Virus record (IMG/VR): IMGVR_UViG_3300009037_000003
Span: 1-64,000 of that record
Source: a virus
Taxonomy: Duplodnaviria > Caudoviricetes
Strand: one strand, 5' to 3'
Length of the DNA stretch: 64,000 nucleotides
Of the stretch, positions 17,703 through 27,594 are shown one piece after another. Numbering within the stretch: the stretch's first letter is position 1; each line of letters opens with the position of its first letter. The notes below the pieces were generated by a model that saw only the letters and a program-made list of their open reading frames with translations, was not told the origin of the DNA and ran no database searches. The translations under genes and the position numbers were made by a program.

Positions 17703-18359
17703 ATGTATATACAAATTACTACTCGATGCAATATGTCGTGTCGTCATTGCGTGTTTGGTTGTACCAGTTCTGGTATAGACATGCCGCTGGATACGTTTAA
17801 AGCAGCGGCCGCAATAGCCGAAGAATTTGATTGCGGTATCTGTATCGGTGGCGGCGAACCAACACTACATCCGGATTTCTGGGAAATCCTTGGTATATCT
17901 CTTGGATCTCTAGTCGAATACGTATGGCTATCTACAAATGGTTCAATAACAGATATTGCCATACCTCTGGCAAGGATGGCAGCAAAGGGTATAGTCGGAT
18001 GCCAACTGTCGAGAACTCAATTTCATGACGACATAGACATAGCCGTAGAAGAAGCGTTTCACAAAAACGAAGAGATTCCGCACACAGTTGATCGGAGAGG
18101 GTATGTTGGTCCAATAGCAGAATCTCGAATCGCTCGGAAGGGTCGTGGGATCAACTTCGTCAAAGGCCAGTCGGATCAATGTGCTTGCGAAGATACGTTT
18201 GTCGAACCAACCGGAGTAATACGCCAATGTGGCTGCGAAAACTCACCAGTCATAGGCGATGTTTTTTCCGGCATCTTTGAAGGTTATACGAACGATCCAT
18301 GTTGCGGCATACTGGGAGTAACTCGTGAAACGCTACCACGTGTTTGCCAAAATCACTAA
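17703..18359 (+). CDS. Radical SAM protein
   Basis: CNMSCRHC (CxxxCxxC), GGGEP, STNG, C-terminal Cys cluster. Confidence 0.9.
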   Translation: MYIQITTRCNMSCRHCVFGCTSSGIDMPLDTFKAAAAIAEEFDCGICIGGGEPTLHPDFWEILGISLGSLVEYVWLSTNGSITDIAIPLARMAAKGIVGCQLSRTQFHDDIDIAVEEAFHKNEEIPHTVDRRGYVGPIAESRIARKGRGINFVKGQSDQCACEDTFVEPTGVIRQCGCENSPVIGDVFSGIFEGYTNDPCCGILGVTRETLPRVCQNH

Positions 18360-18781
18360 TTCGGGCGGGTGGTACGACCACCTACAATCGTTCGATAACC
18401 TGCCAGCTGCGACTCGCCTCGCGGTGATTTGCCCGTACATGTGGGCATATGTCGTCGACATAGAGACCGAGAAAATCGTGGTGCCATTCGCCGAGATTAG
18501 CCAACAGAGATTGAAGCAAAATGTCTCATGAAACACGACTCTGGATAAAAACGATAATTTATTCTATCGCAATCACAATTGCCACATGGTAGCCAAAAAT
18601 GGACATCAACAAAGATATAAGATTGGGACAAATACAACGAGAAATTGAAAGATTGGTCAGAAAGCACAATATTTCCATTACAGAATGGAATCTGAGGACG
18701 GATAGAGTGGAAAGTATCCTCGGACATCTACTAAGAGAAAGAGACCGGCTGTTGAACCGCGAATATGAAAGGTAAGTATCT

Positions 18782-19051
18782 ATGTATGAGTATAACGATC
18801 CATCTAGAGAGTCAGATCCTTGGGCATTGCCTGATCTTGAAGTTTTTTATGTCGACGCGTCAGAATTTCTGAACGCAGAAGAAGGATCTTGGCAAGAAGA
18901 ATATTATGCCGAAGACGGTGGCGGAAATGCAGACGACCTGGTCGGATGGTATTATTGGTCATGTTTCCCGGGGTGTATGCCCGACTCTCCTCCGCTTGGA
19001 CCATATCCATCCCATCGAGCGGCGCTACGGGCAGCAAGAGATGTGGATTAA
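18782..19051 (+). CDS. Acidic small phage protein
   Basis: GWYYWSCFPGCMPDSPPLGPY motif. Confidence 0.65.
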   Translation: MYEYNDPSRESDPWALPDLEVFYVDASEFLNAEEGSWQEEYYAEDGGGNADDLVGWYYWSCFPGCMPDSPPLGPYPSHRAALRAARDVD

Positions 19052-19465
19052 AGAAAGGTTGAGATGGGAAAAATGAAAGTACACGAATTGATCAAAAAGT
19101 TGCATGAATTCGATCCAGATGCTATAGTAATGATTGAACACCTGGACAACGATGGCTGCGACACGTGTGGTTGGGGGGCTACCGAAATACATTCGGATAT
19201 CCAAAATATCATCGATCTTGAAACTAAGGTTATTTTATCTATCCTGAAAACGTAAAAATCGCATGACGAGAAAGTTTAGGGGGCAGATGGTTTCAAAATA
19301 CCTCGCTTGCTGGCTTAGTTCACCAGATGCGACATCGGATAGGTCTTTGGTAATTATTCTAGAACCTGTAACAAGACCAGATGAGGGGTTTCGACTGGTA
19401 ACCTGGAAGCATGGTAAGTGTCGCTATTTGGAAAAGATCCTTGGCAAAATGGGTATTAATCCAAC

Positions 19466-20068
19466 ATGGTAACATTAAGACTTATTGGTGACGTACATGG
19501 CCATTACGACGCGTACATAGCCCTAGCAAAAAAGGCAAAGTATAGTATCCAGTTGGGCGACCTTGGATTTTCCTATTCTTGTTTTCAGGCGCTCGATCCA
19601 GACAACCACAAATTCCTTGGCGGAAACCACGACAATTATTCAGTTGTCCACAAGTACAAGCATTATTTGGGCGACTATGGCACCATACGTTTACCGTCGT
19701 GCCCTGAGATATTCTTTGTCCGAGGCGCTTACAGTATCGATAGGGAAATGAGGATCCTAGGCATCGACTGGTGGGCCGAGGAGCAGCTGACAACAAAAGA
19801 AGGATATCGTGCCATAGAAATGTATAAGACTCATAAACGGGAATTCGTAATTAGTCACGATTGCCCTCTTTGTGTCAAAAAACTGTTGTGCTACGGCAGG
19901 ATGGTTCCCGACCGAACATCCTTTTTGCTGCAGGAAATGTTTGAGATTTATCAGCCACGGCTGTGGATTTTTGCCCACCACCACATTCCTTTTGATCAAA
20001 CAATAGATGGCACAAGATTCATATGTCTGCCAGAACTCGGGACCTATGATATCGAACTGGAGCAATAA
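19466..20068 (+). CDS. Calcineurin-like metallophosphoesterase
   Basis: GDVHG, LGDLG, GNHD, SHDCP, AHHH. Confidence 0.92.
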   Translation: MVTLRLIGDVHGHYDAYIALAKKAKYSIQLGDLGFSYSCFQALDPDNHKFLGGNHDNYSVVHKYKHYLGDYGTIRLPSCPEIFFVRGAYSIDREMRILGIDWWAEEQLTTKEGYRAIEMYKTHKREFVISHDCPLCVKKLLCYGRMVPDRTSFLLQEMFEIYQPRLWIFAHHHIPFDQTIDGTRFICLPELGTYDIELEQ

Positions 20069-20295
20069 TAATGGTTATTAGCGATGATATGCGAGATGTT
20101 GTCTTGTCGGCGAGTAACGGCATTGAACACGATAGACAGTTAGACGAATGCGTTGCAGTGGCTGACGCTTTGATGCAAGTCCAGAATCCGAATAGCGAAG
20201 TAATGCAAATGGTAGAAATTCTGATCGAAAGTATTACCAAATACGAAAATGATATGTATCCGTATGAGAATTAGCCTATAGTCGGGAAATAGAAG

Positions 20296-20784
20296 ATGAC
20301 ACTAGACGAATTTGAAGCTGCTGGAAATGAACCTTGGCAGGTCATGCAACAAGAATGGGTAGACATCATGCATCGCCATGTTACGAGTCTTAATCAACAG
20401 CCTAACGATACGGAATATAAAAATTTTCACGAGTACGACGTGCAAAAAGCGCTCGAAATGGGTCTCTCTGTTCCTGATCGTGTTTTGCAGGACTATCCGC
20501 TCTTGGTGGACAAGGTAGCTCAGCGACAAAAACATGAGAACGATTTTCGTCAACTGAAGATTGGGGATCCAGTCACTGTAAGAATTAACTATTTTGGAAC
20601 GATGGCCGAAGGATTTTTTGTAGGCTTCCTTCCACGCGAAGATGCGTTGGTCTATATCAAGGTGAAGGGCAGAAATCGACCAATGCAATACAGTCGTCAC
20701 GAAATATTTGTCAGAAACGGAAACCGGGCAACCGCCGCAGAAATGAAGAGTCTGAACAAGTGGCGACTTGCGGCTGGGATATAG
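20296..20784 (+). CDS. Hypothetical protein with a motif seen in phage polyvalent proteins
   Basis: PWQ..EW..H..VQKALEMGLSVPDRVLQDYP. Confidence 0.6.
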   Translation: MTLDEFEAAGNEPWQVMQQEWVDIMHRHVTSLNQQPNDTEYKNFHEYDVQKALEMGLSVPDRVLQDYPLLVDKVAQRQKHENDFRQLKIGDPVTVRINYFGTMAEGFFVGFLPREDALVYIKVKGRNRPMQYSRHEIFVRNGNRATAAEMKSLNKWRLAAGI

Positions 20785-20799
20785 TGACAGGGAGAAGAA

Positions 20800-21216
20800 A
20801 TGACACTGAAACAGCTAAAAAAGTTTTTCCCGAAAGCGACTCTTGCAACGTGGAATCGGCATCCTAATGGCAGGGGGTGGGTTGAAAATACTGCCTATGT
20901 TTCTCCTACGGCTTATATTGGACCGGATGCCATAATTTCCGGACAAGCCAGAATTGGAGGTTTGGCTAGGATTTACGATTCTGCTCGCGTGTCGGGCAGC
21001 GCGTTGGTCAGCGATTCGGCGGAAGTCTTTGGGTTCGCTCGGGTGTACGAAGAAGCCGAAATTTATGACAACGCTATCGTACACGGTAATGCTCACGTAT
21101 ACGGACGATCGCTGATCCTTGATAGGACAATGATTTCGGGAGAATGTCACGTTGGATGCGATGTGAAAATTTCTGGCAATGCAAATATTACTGGGGACAG
21201 CGTCATCGGATCGTAA
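20800..21216 (+). CDS. Left-handed beta-helix protein, paralog 4
   Basis: MTLKQLKKFFPKATLATWNRHPNGRGWVENTA plus hexapeptide repeats. Confidence 0.9.
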   Translation: MTLKQLKKFFPKATLATWNRHPNGRGWVENTAYVSPTAYIGPDAIISGQARIGGLARIYDSARVSGSALVSDSAEVFGFARVYEEAEIYDNAIVHGNAHVYGRSLILDRTMISGECHVGCDVKISGNANITGDSVIGS

Positions 21217-21246
21217 AATGCTGTGCTCGTAGCTCAATGGCAAAAC

Positions 21247-21320
21247 AGACCTGTCGCCTAATAGATATGGCATCACTCTTCTAAAGTGAAATAATCTGGG
21301 TGCAACTCCCAGCAGGTCTA
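21247..21320 (+). tRNA. tRNA-Arg(TCT)
   Basis: AGACCTG/CAGGTCT acceptor, TCACT-CTTCTAA-AGTGA, CTGGG-TGCAACT-CCCAG. Confidence 0.88.
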
Positions 21321-21580
21321 TTTGGAATATCTTTAAGTAAAAGATATTTGTTATCAAATTCCCAGTGATGGTTTGGACATAGCGGTAAAAGATTTTTAGG
21401 ACTGTTAATTTCTGTGATAATCGCAGAAAGAGGAAAATCATTTATTGGTCTAATATGGCAAATTTCTACATGATTTTTATATTTACAAACAGCGCATTCC
21501 ATTTTAAGACCAGAAGCAATAAAACTTTTTCTTGCCAATGAAATTGTATTTTGGGGTTCTCCGGTTTTCTTGTTACTCAA
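21281..21580 (-). CDS. HNH endonuclease (possibly N-terminally truncated)
   Basis: CAVC..EICHIRP..NLLPLCPNHHWEFD; AT-rich; the only convincing minus-strand gene. Confidence 0.8.
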   Translation of the reverse strand: MSNKKTGEPQNTISLARKSFIASGLKMECAVCKYKNHVEICHIRPINDFPLSAIITEINSPKNLLPLCPNHHWEFDNKYLLLKDIPNRPAGSCTQIISL

Positions 21581-21674
21581 TGATTAATAATAGTGTATCC
21601 GTTGGTTGGGGGTTCGAGTCCCTCCGGGCACAATCGAAGTGTTCCATAATCTTAATCAGAACAGGTAATGTAAA

Positions 21675-21824
21675 ATGAACGAAGCACTACAAAAGCACTT
21701 ACAGAAACTAACGTCACAGATCGATTCCCTCAGGGTGATGGTAAAGTATCTGGTGTTCGATCTTGAAGCAACCAAGAGGGAAAACGAAAGGTTGCGTAAG
21801 CTCTATGAGGATAACCGCAAGTAA
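21675..21824 (+). CDS. 49-aa coiled-coil protein resembling a conserved small Planctomycetota protein (missing from the ORF track)
   Basis: MNEALQKHLQKLTSQIDSLRVMVKYLVFDLEATKRENERLRKLYEDNRK. Confidence 0.7.
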   Translation: MNEALQKHLQKLTSQIDSLRVMVKYLVFDLEATKRENERLRKLYEDNRK

Positions 21825-22194
21825 AAGACAACTAGCAGCAGCAATCAAAACTGCTAAGGCCGGTACGGTAAAAAAGGCAAAGGTAGCTGCAATTGCGTTT
21901 ACTAAATCAGGCGAAATAATAACCCAAGCAGCAAATAAAAGAATAGATGGTTGCCGACGGTTTAGTGAACACGCAGAGGAAGGTGTCGTTAGAAAACTTA
22001 TCAAGCTAAACGCTTTCGTAAGGTATGACAATATAACAATCCTAGTCATCAGAGTATCTGGCGGTAAGATACGGATGGCGAAACCATGCGTTCGATGCCA
22101 ACGAATGCTACGACGATATCCAATCAGTGTACGATATTCCGACACCAACGGGAACATCAAGGAGCTAGACCATGAAGTGGCCAACTGTTGGTAA
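21805..22194 (+). CDS. Zinc-dependent cytidine/adenosine deaminase family protein
   Basis: HAE and PCVRC motifs. Confidence 0.85.
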   Translation: MRITASKRQLAAAIKTAKAGTVKKAKVAAIAFTKSGEIITQAANKRIDGCRRFSEHAEEGVVRKLIKLNAFVRYDNITILVIRVSGGKIRMAKPCVRCQRMLRRYPISVRYSDTNGNIKELDHEVANCW

Positions 22195-22605
22195 ACGTAT
22201 CGTTTGTCTAAAACGAGTTGAAGCGTATTATTCAAAGTATGGACCAATGCCAGAGTGCTTTCTGGAGCTAGGTGATCTCGCAACTGTAAAATCCATCAAT
22301 ATTCCTCCAGTGGTTGGCAGAGGGCCTAACTTTCTAGTGGCGGAGTTTGAGAAATACGGTATTGTATGGAGAGTCGCTCTCAATCGTGGAGAATACAGAG
22401 AAGTGGAGCAAAGACAATGAAAACAGCCTGGACAGCTATTGTTGTTCCTATGTGCATCATTGCAAAATGCGCTATAGATTTTATTGGCATGGAGTATGGC
22501 AGCGACCACCAATGCGTTGACGACGTCTCTTTCTTTATCGTACAATGTGGTGTTACTGCGTTTGCTGTTATGGTCGATACGCGAAATTGGTTCGGGAGTC
22601 GATAA

Positions 22606-23025
22606 ATGCTCACTGATAAACAGCAACAAAAAATTATTAACATTGCGGAACAAGCCCGGCTGTGGGCAGAACGACTGGTCGTAAGTAAAAACCAAGATAT
22701 ACCGAAACATACCAGTCAACATACGCTCGAAGGTTTGTGCGCGATAGCAAGTCACGAACTTCAGACGATGCTGTATCGTGCCGGTATCCCTGCGGATTTG
22801 GCGATAGCTCCAAATCATGCATTTGTTCTGGTTGACAACGATCAGCTAGCCATCGATATAACAGCTACCCAATTTGGATCGCGATATCCGGAAATCTTCT
22901 TGGAAAAGACGAAAGTAATTGAAAAAGATTCTACGTGGAACTTTAAAAAGAAACTTTCAACACATAGAGATGCTTTCTGGAATTGGCCAAAAGATCAGGT
23001 ACCATTTGCTTTGAGGCAAAAATGA
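22606..23025 (+). CDS. Papain/transglutaminase-like fold protein
   Basis: GLCAIAS..HAFVLV..IDITATQF (Cys-His-Asp order). Confidence 0.6.
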   Translation: MLTDKQQQKIINIAEQARLWAERLVVSKNQDIPKHTSQHTLEGLCAIASHELQTMLYRAGIPADLAIAPNHAFVLVDNDQLAIDITATQFGSRYPEIFLEKTKVIEKDSTWNFKKKLSTHRDAFWNWPKDQVPFALRQK

Positions 23026-23112
23026 CTCTAATAATCACAGCGACAATCTATGCATGCCTAGTAACGATCGCCCTTATGATTTGTAGTGCTAACGATACAG
23101 GAGATAACGACT

Positions 23113-23340
23113 ATGACGGAGCGTGAGGAATTACTAAATTATGGCGACGACGGGATTATAACCCTGTATTATGTTCCGACTTCGGGATACAAAAATACTG
23201 TCTCTGGCTACGGAGCAAAAATACCAACGGACTGGGTAGTAAAGTACAAAAATCGCTCTAGGAGAGTTTATTGTACAATCTATGGCAACATTGGGACATG
23301 TTGGTTCCTGCACAAGGATAGGAAAATGGTTGTAGGATAA
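23113..23340 (+). CDS. Small phage protein
   Basis: GYGAKIPTDWVVKYKNRSRRVY motif, GGAG RBS. Confidence 0.6.
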   Translation: MTEREELLNYGDDGIITLYYVPTSGYKNTVSGYGAKIPTDWVVKYKNRSRRVYCTIYGNIGTCWFLHKDRKMVVG

Positions 23341-23602
23341 ATAGCATGACGAACAAGTATATCCATGTCGACGTCGGGCAAAAAGTGTCCGGAATCGGTC
23401 TTGATATGACAGATATTCCTGTTGGAGCAAAAGTGCTATATTGTTGTGGCGTCGATCTGAAATGCTGTGAATGTGTAGTTACGACCATAAACGGTTCAAA
23501 AGCGCTTCGGCCGCGTGGCTGCAAAAACCTATTTTTCTGGGGACAGGGCGACGTGTCATTCTCGAACACTATAGAACTCATCGCACTATAAAGGATTACG
23601 GT

Positions 23603-24052
23603 ATGATTGGACCGCTGTTTAACGTCGGCGAGGATAAGTATTTGCAAATCTCTAGTCGACTTGAAATGAGCGAATCTTTGATAGAATGCTCTGACTATTC
23701 CCTCATCTCTATCTACGGCACGGGCTCTCTGGTTGTTGTCCCAAGAACTAGTCCCAAGAACATGCTACCGCTTCGTTTCGACGACATCAAAACCATGTTG
23801 CCGGGATACATTCTTATGAATCAGGGGCACGCGCGATTGATCGTAGAATTCGTCAAACAATGGTATGGCGATTCTAGATCTTCGTTGTTGATTATCCAAT
23901 GCGAAGCCGGTATCTCGCGGTCGGCGGGTGTGGCTGCTGGTGTGTTGAAGTATCTCAACGGAGATGATTCGCCAATCTCTGACCACAATTTATATATGCC
24001 GAATCCTCATGTTGTAGCAATGGTTTATAACGAACTTGTGGCCAACTCGTGA
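23603..24052 (+). CDS. Cys-dependent (tyrosine/dual-specificity-type) phosphatase
   Basis: LRFDD, CEAGISRS (CX5R), C-terminal PN. Confidence 0.88.
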   Translation: MIGPLFNVGEDKYLQISSRLEMSESLIECSDYSLISIYGTGSLVVVPRTSPKNMLPLRFDDIKTMLPGYILMNQGHARLIVEFVKQWYGDSRSSLLIIQCEAGISRSAGVAAGVLKYLNGDDSPISDHNLYMPNPHVVAMVYNELVANS

Positions 24053-24061
24053 GAAAAAATT

Positions 24062-24664
24062 ATGCCATGGGACGGAATGCTTGGACCGCCTGGTGTTTTA
24101 ACGTGTAAAAGATGTCATCGCCATTTAAATCCAAACGGCGATCGTCCTGCCGAAGTATATGCCGGTACTTTTACTGGCCTTTGTTACGCCTGTCAAGATC
24201 GTGGGGCAGAAATAATCGCTACGGATCCTTTAGACGGTGCGATTTGTATCGAATATCCACCCCATTGTCCGTCGCATCGACGAGATCGCGAATCATATTG
24301 GGGATATGCCGATTGTCAAAGGTGCGATGGAAAATGTTCTATAGTTGTGTCACGAGACTTCGGTAACGGCGGACCTTACCGCCAGTCGTGCTCTGTATGC
24401 TGGGAAAAGTATCTTAACAACCCAGTACGAAAATGGACAAGGGATAAGAGGCGAAAGATTAGGCGTATTGCTAACGAAATGTTCTGTAGGGAAATCAAAA
24501 ATCGTCGAAAAAAATTGAAACTAAAGAAGAATGACCTAACGCCGGAATCTATTCTTAACGAAATAAGAGCCCCTTTGTTGAAGAAAGTCGATCGGGCAAT
24601 CGAACACCTGGACGCAATTGCCGGCAAAATAATGCCTCCGATCAGTTATTCTGGAGACCACTAA
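24062..24664 (+). CDS. Zn-finger basic protein
   Basis: Four CxxC pairs, Lys/Arg-rich C-terminus. Confidence 0.6.
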   Translation: MPWDGMLGPPGVLTCKRCHRHLNPNGDRPAEVYAGTFTGLCYACQDRGAEIIATDPLDGAICIEYPPHCPSHRRDRESYWGYADCQRCDGKCSIVVSRDFGNGGPYRQSCSVCWEKYLNNPVRKWTRDKRRKIRRIANEMFCREIKNRRKKLKLKKNDLTPESILNEIRAPLLKKVDRAIEHLDAIAGKIMPPISYSGDH

Positions 24665-24665
24665 C

Positions 24666-25046
24666 ATGCAGATTGATCTACGCCGTCCGATTCGAGGCGA
24701 ATGGGAAGGTCGCGGTTTCGGAAGACAATTCATTTGGACTTATGAATGTTCTTTTGGTCACACCGTCAGAGTTAAGTGCTCGAAATGGCGAGGAAAAACG
24801 CCGGACGTTGAAATCGGAGCTATTGTCTGTCCACAATGCATGGTTGTGGAAACTAAGCCGATTCCTGTGGAATTGGATGCGAATCAAAATGTCCCGGAAA
24901 TTACTTGCCCAAGGTGCCACGGACACGGTGGTCGTTTCCCCACCGACAAAGATGCATGTACGTTGTGCGACGGAAATGGCCAGGTGTCTGATCATGGAGA
25001 TGGAACTTATTCGAACAAAACTGATAAATCTCGATACTTTTGGTAA
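24666..25046 (+). CDS. Zn-finger protein (CxxCxGxG)
   Basis: CPRCHGHG, CTLCDGNG. Confidence 0.6.
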   Translation: MQIDLRRPIRGEWEGRGFGRQFIWTYECSFGHTVRVKCSKWRGKTPDVEIGAIVCPQCMVVETKPIPVELDANQNVPEITCPRCHGHGGRFPTDKDACTLCDGNGQVSDHGDGTYSNKTDKSRYFW

Positions 25047-25068
25047 AAATGGATGAAAAGTAGTATTT

Positions 25069-26118
25069 ATGAAAACAACTGTTAAGAATATTTTTGGCAC
25101 CGGCGAGTTATATGATACTCCTGTTGGAAAAAAGATTTATGTAACGTGTGCCGCATGCTTGTCGATCTATGCCGAATTCGCGTCGTGGGCGCTCGATCCA
25201 GAAAATGAAAATTTACTTGTAGGCAATCCGCAAGAAGCTGATTGTATTGTTGTCCTTGGGTGCCAGGTCACAGATCTTGCCGTCCTAAACGACTTTCTTA
25301 CGCTAGAACGATTACAGAAACAAAATCCATCCGCAACGTTTATGATGGGTGGTTGTCTCGCAAGAAGATTCGATATCGATCTTCCCGAAACAGTTCTCAG
25401 ACTCAATCACTGTCGCAAAGATGGAACAGACATTCGAGATATTCGTTACAAGATCCACTGGGAAGCCCCGTATTGGGTTGACGATTTTCGCCCATCGGAT
25501 CACGAACTGGCGGATGGCCATCTGTTTCGAGATAATTGTTATCCATTAAGAATTGGCAGCGGCTGCAAAAATAAGTGTAAATTCTGTACAATTCGCCATA
25601 CCAGAGGAACATACTCTTCAGTAAATACAAAAGTGGCAATGAAAGAATTTCTGGCCAACGATCAAATTGTTCTCGTAGCCGACAGTCCATCGGCAGATCA
25701 GATTTTGTTCTGGGCGGATAAGGCTTTGGAACACGAAAAGCCAATCAGCATCCGCAATTTAGAACCCGATGTCGCGTACAAAGTTTTTAACACGTTACGT
25801 AAATTGTCTGTGTCGCGACTGCTTCAGGTTTTGCATATTCCAATACAGAGCGATAATGTAGATGTATTGCAAGATATGGGCAGGAATGCTAATACGACGA
25901 TCGCACTACTGAACCAGCTGTCGCTCATAGATCCGCAAACGACTTTGGCCACGAATATTATCGTTCGATATAAGCAATTTCCAGATCCGTCGCCAGACAT
26001 TTCGGGAATTTTTGAGTATATATCCTGGAATCCATATTGGGATGGCGTTTGGAATAGAAGTTGTGCTGAAGTAAAATTTGACTTATTGTTTCACATACAC
26101 AGACATAAATTATGGTAA
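25069..26118 (+). CDS. MiaB/MtaB/RimO-family radical SAM methylthiotransferase-like protein without TRAM domain
   Basis: N-terminal UPF0004-like Cys (AC, LGCQVT, GGCLA), GCKNKCKFCTIRHTRG, LHIPIQS..MGR. Confidence 0.85.
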   Translation: MKTTVKNIFGTGELYDTPVGKKIYVTCAACLSIYAEFASWALDPENENLLVGNPQEADCIVVLGCQVTDLAVLNDFLTLERLQKQNPSATFMMGGCLARRFDIDLPETVLRLNHCRKDGTDIRDIRYKIHWEAPYWVDDFRPSDHELADGHLFRDNCYPLRIGSGCKNKCKFCTIRHTRGTYSSVNTKVAMKEFLANDQIVLVADSPSADQILFWADKALEHEKPISIRNLEPDVAYKVFNTLRKLSVSRLLQVLHIPIQSDNVDVLQDMGRNANTTIALLNQLSLIDPQTTLATNIIVRYKQFPDPSPDISGIFEYISWNPYWDGVWNRSCAEVKFDLLFHIHRHKLW

Positions 26119-26130
26119 AAGGAGATATGT

Positions 26131-27084
26131 ATGATCGATCATCCATGTCCTGTCGTTTCTGTAAAACTTGAACCATGCCCGAATTCCGATCAACTCTCAA
26201 TTGTTCGAATTGACGATTATCAATGCGTTGTCCGAACGGCCGATTGGAAGGACGGAGATTTGGGAGTATACATCCCCCCAGACAGCATAGTCCCAGACAC
26301 AGAACAGTTTCGATTCCTTGGAGATAGCAGACGAATTAAAGTTAAAAAAATGCGAGGAAGTATATCGATGGGACTTTTGATCCCAGCGCCAAACGGAGCA
26401 GTGCTCGGCGAGGACTGTGCAGAACGGCTAGGCGTCGTACACTATAACCCTGAAATGCATTCTTCGTTCTCGACGGGGGGAGAAAATATTAGTCCGCCAA
26501 AAATCTACGCTCCGAAGTACGATGTTGAAAATTTTAGGAGATATTCCAACTATTTCGTCGATGGCGAAGAAGTTGTAGCGACCGAAAAAATCCACGGCGC
26601 TTCATGTAGGTATGTATGCCACAAGGACGTAATTCACTGCGGCTCGCACACCAGTTGGAAAAGAGAAGATCCTAAGAACTTATGGTGGAAAGCACTGAGC
26701 AATTACGACGTACTTCAGAGTTGGTTACGTCATAATCAAGATTTTGTAGTCTACGCAGAGGTTTTTGGACAAGTTCAAAATCTAAAGTATGGTGCAAGAC
26801 CAGGTGAGATTTTCCTAGCAGTCTTTGATATTATGCATAACAATCGTTGGCTCGACTACGACGAAGCTCGAAAACTAGGCCAACCGCTACCGTGGGTCCC
26901 GCTCGTATATCGTGGCCCATTCGACAAGGGAAAGATGTTCGATCTGGCAGAAGGTTCAAGTTTAATTCCTGGTGCAGATCACTATCGAGAAGGCATCGTG
27001 ATAAAGCCGGTCGTAGAGCGAACGGGACACATCGGAAGAATTCAGCTAAAATTAGTTAGTAACACGTATCTGGAAAAGAGTTAA
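26131..27084 (+). CDS. RNA ligase, DRB0094/Rnl5-like
   Basis: N-terminal OB-like domain, TEKIHG (motif I), AEVFG, VFDI, REGIVIK, LKLVS. Confidence 0.9.
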   Translation: MIDHPCPVVSVKLEPCPNSDQLSIVRIDDYQCVVRTADWKDGDLGVYIPPDSIVPDTEQFRFLGDSRRIKVKKMRGSISMGLLIPAPNGAVLGEDCAERLGVVHYNPEMHSSFSTGGENISPPKIYAPKYDVENFRRYSNYFVDGEEVVATEKIHGASCRYVCHKDVIHCGSHTSWKREDPKNLWWKALSNYDVLQSWLRHNQDFVVYAEVFGQVQNLKYGARPGEIFLAVFDIMHNNRWLDYDEARKLGQPLPWVPLVYRGPFDKGKMFDLAEGSSLIPGADHYREGIVIKPVVERTGHIGRIQLKLVSNTYLEKS

Positions 27085-27594
27085 GTCAAAAGATACAAAT
27101 ATGTTAAAATTATCTGTCGCTAGTAGAAAACGTCTTACCGCCATTTTAGATAATCTAGATCGAGGTCTTCATTTTCTAAATAAATCAGACATTATCGTTG
27201 CTCGTGGCCACGAACATAATAAGCGACGAGCGAATGACGCAGAATATATCAAAGCTGGATCGCTATGCAGATTTGGCGTACTAACTCCAATCTTTAAGGA
27301 AGCTGGCTCAGAATTAGCGCTTTTGTACACTGGAGTACAGCAACTAAGGGCTGCACTAATGCAGGACGAGGACTGACATATGAGTAAGCTCCAAATTATT
27401 AGCGGAGAATATCGTGGATCAACTGTATACGACAATTAAGACACTAGCAGAACAAGCAGCAGTAAAAGATAGTGAAGATTTTATAGTCGACGAATATGCG
27501 GGGGGAAATGTCGACGACGCCTATAGTATCGGGTTTCGTGACGGACAAATAGCCTTAGCAAGACAACTGCTAGGTTCGTGTGAAAGGAATTCTA

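Larger units (their letters stand above)
21223..21632 (+). pseudogene. Interrupted tRNA gene, probably Arg: 5' piece 21223-21242, 3' piece 21597-21632
   Basis: GTGCTCG-TA-GCTC-AATGG pairs with CGGGCAC-A, which follows TCCGT-TGGTT-GGGGG-TTCGAGT-CCCTC. Confidence 0.72.

Noticed and set aside
21243-21596. Group I intron in the split tRNA
   Set aside because: No P/Q/R/S core is seen, and part of the tRNA including the anticodon is missing, so splicing could not restore it
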